A DNA stretch of 64,000 nucleotides from Octopus sinensis (lineage: Eukaryota), in NCBI RefSeq assembly GCF_006345805.1, contig NW_021833008.1, forward strand, positions 31,156 through 95,155, in the 5' to 3' direction. The first letter of the stretch is position 1. Each line of letters opens with the position of its first letter. The position numbers were made by a program, and so were the translations under genes. Below the pieces are notes generated by a model. It did not search any database. It saw only the letters and a list, made by a program, of their open reading frames with translations, and was not told the DNA's origin. Below are positions 63,186 to 64,000 of the stretch, in pieces.

Positions 63186-63535
63186 CTGGTGGTAAGAATT
63201 TTGCTTCCCGGTCACATGGTTCCAGGTTCAGTCCCACTGTGTGTCACATTGGGCGAATGTCTTCTAGTATGGTTTCAACAACCAAGGCATTGTGAGTTGA
63301 TCTGGTATACAGAAATTGAAAGAAAGCCATCCCATATATGTCTTTGTGTCTGTGTTTGTCCCCCCCCCACTTGACAACCAATGTTGGTGCATTAATTTCC
63401 CTGTAACTTAGCAGTTCAGCAAAGTAACTGATAAAATAAGTACCAGACTTAAAGCAATAGATAATGAGATCAATTCATTCAACTGAAATTCTTCAAAGTG
63501 GTGCCCCAGCATGGCTATAATCTAATGATTGAAAG
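63185..63535 (+). mobile_element. tRNA-derived SINE
   Basis: ggtggtaagaattttgcttccc...ggttcagtcccactg (A/B-box-like), CORE-like middle, gtggtgccccagcatggc 3' part. Confidence 0.72.
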
Positions 63536-63799
63536 AAAGGATAAATTTCTTTATTAGACAACGCAGGGCTGAACACAGGGGGGACAATACAATGTAGAAT
63601 TTTTCTTTTCAAAACCGATCAAGAGGGATCGAAAACAGTTTGAGATGCATACACAAAAAGATAACAAGGTAATGTCTTAGTAGAAATTCCCAAAAGGGGG
63701 AGAAAATATAACACTGACTAGGATTATACATGGAAAGAAGAGCCAATGAAAAAAATCCACGGTAACCTCAAAAAAAATAGGTTCATGCTCAAAGTGTGC

Positions 63800-64000
63800 C
63801 CATCATTCATGTGTACCATCTTTGCATCGGAGCATGCTGGCTTCATTCCTTGCGAGCTTACGCATGTCCTCAGCAGTCACAGCCCATGTTTCACTGCCAT
63901 GTAGCATGGCTGTTCGTACACATGCGTTGTACAGTCTACCTTTTACTCTGAGTGAGAGGCCCTTTGTCACCAGCTGAGGTAAAAGCTCTCTGAAGTTAGC
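63800..64000 (-). mobile_element. RTE LINE fragment running off the window
   Basis: Antisense of [44 protein letters not shown]. Confidence 0.85.

Noticed and set aside
62688-63374. 228-aa ORF
   Set aside because: It runs across pLTR, (TA)n, a LINE tail and a SINE with no motif; spurious.

Overview
This 64-kb window is AT-rich, microsatellite-dense eukaryotic DNA made almost entirely of transposable elements. The repeat inventory resembles cephalopod (Octopus-like) DNA; this is an inference from the SINE/LINE types, not a database result. No host protein-coding gene is confidently visible. Retroelements: many RTE-clade LINE copies (one with an uninterrupted 657-aa RT ORF and a tandemly amplified 3' UTR), a young 5'-truncated CR1-type LINE, tRNA-derived SINEs, and a Penelope-like element (RT + GIY-YIG) with a bidirectional, inverted-pLTR architecture. 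DNA elements: Tc1/mariner remnants and abundant Helitrons. Highlights: (1) a 16-kb head-to-tail array of six non-identical Helitron units (43737-59940) joined at exact CTAG|TC junctions, including one RepHel-bearing unit and a nested trimer of a second family, which suggests Helitrons that target the 5' ends of resident Helitrons; (2) minimal hammerhead-ribozyme motifs, including a non-canonical U3-A8/A13C core in both Penelope pLTRs and two CpG-decayed solo motifs; (3) local rearrangements: a perfect 82-bp-arm palindrome, two tandem duplications starting at Helitron 5' ends, and a circularly permuted LINE tail. All coordinates and alignments were read by eye. Boundaries of degenerate elements are approximate, and some duplications or frameshifts could be assembly artefacts.
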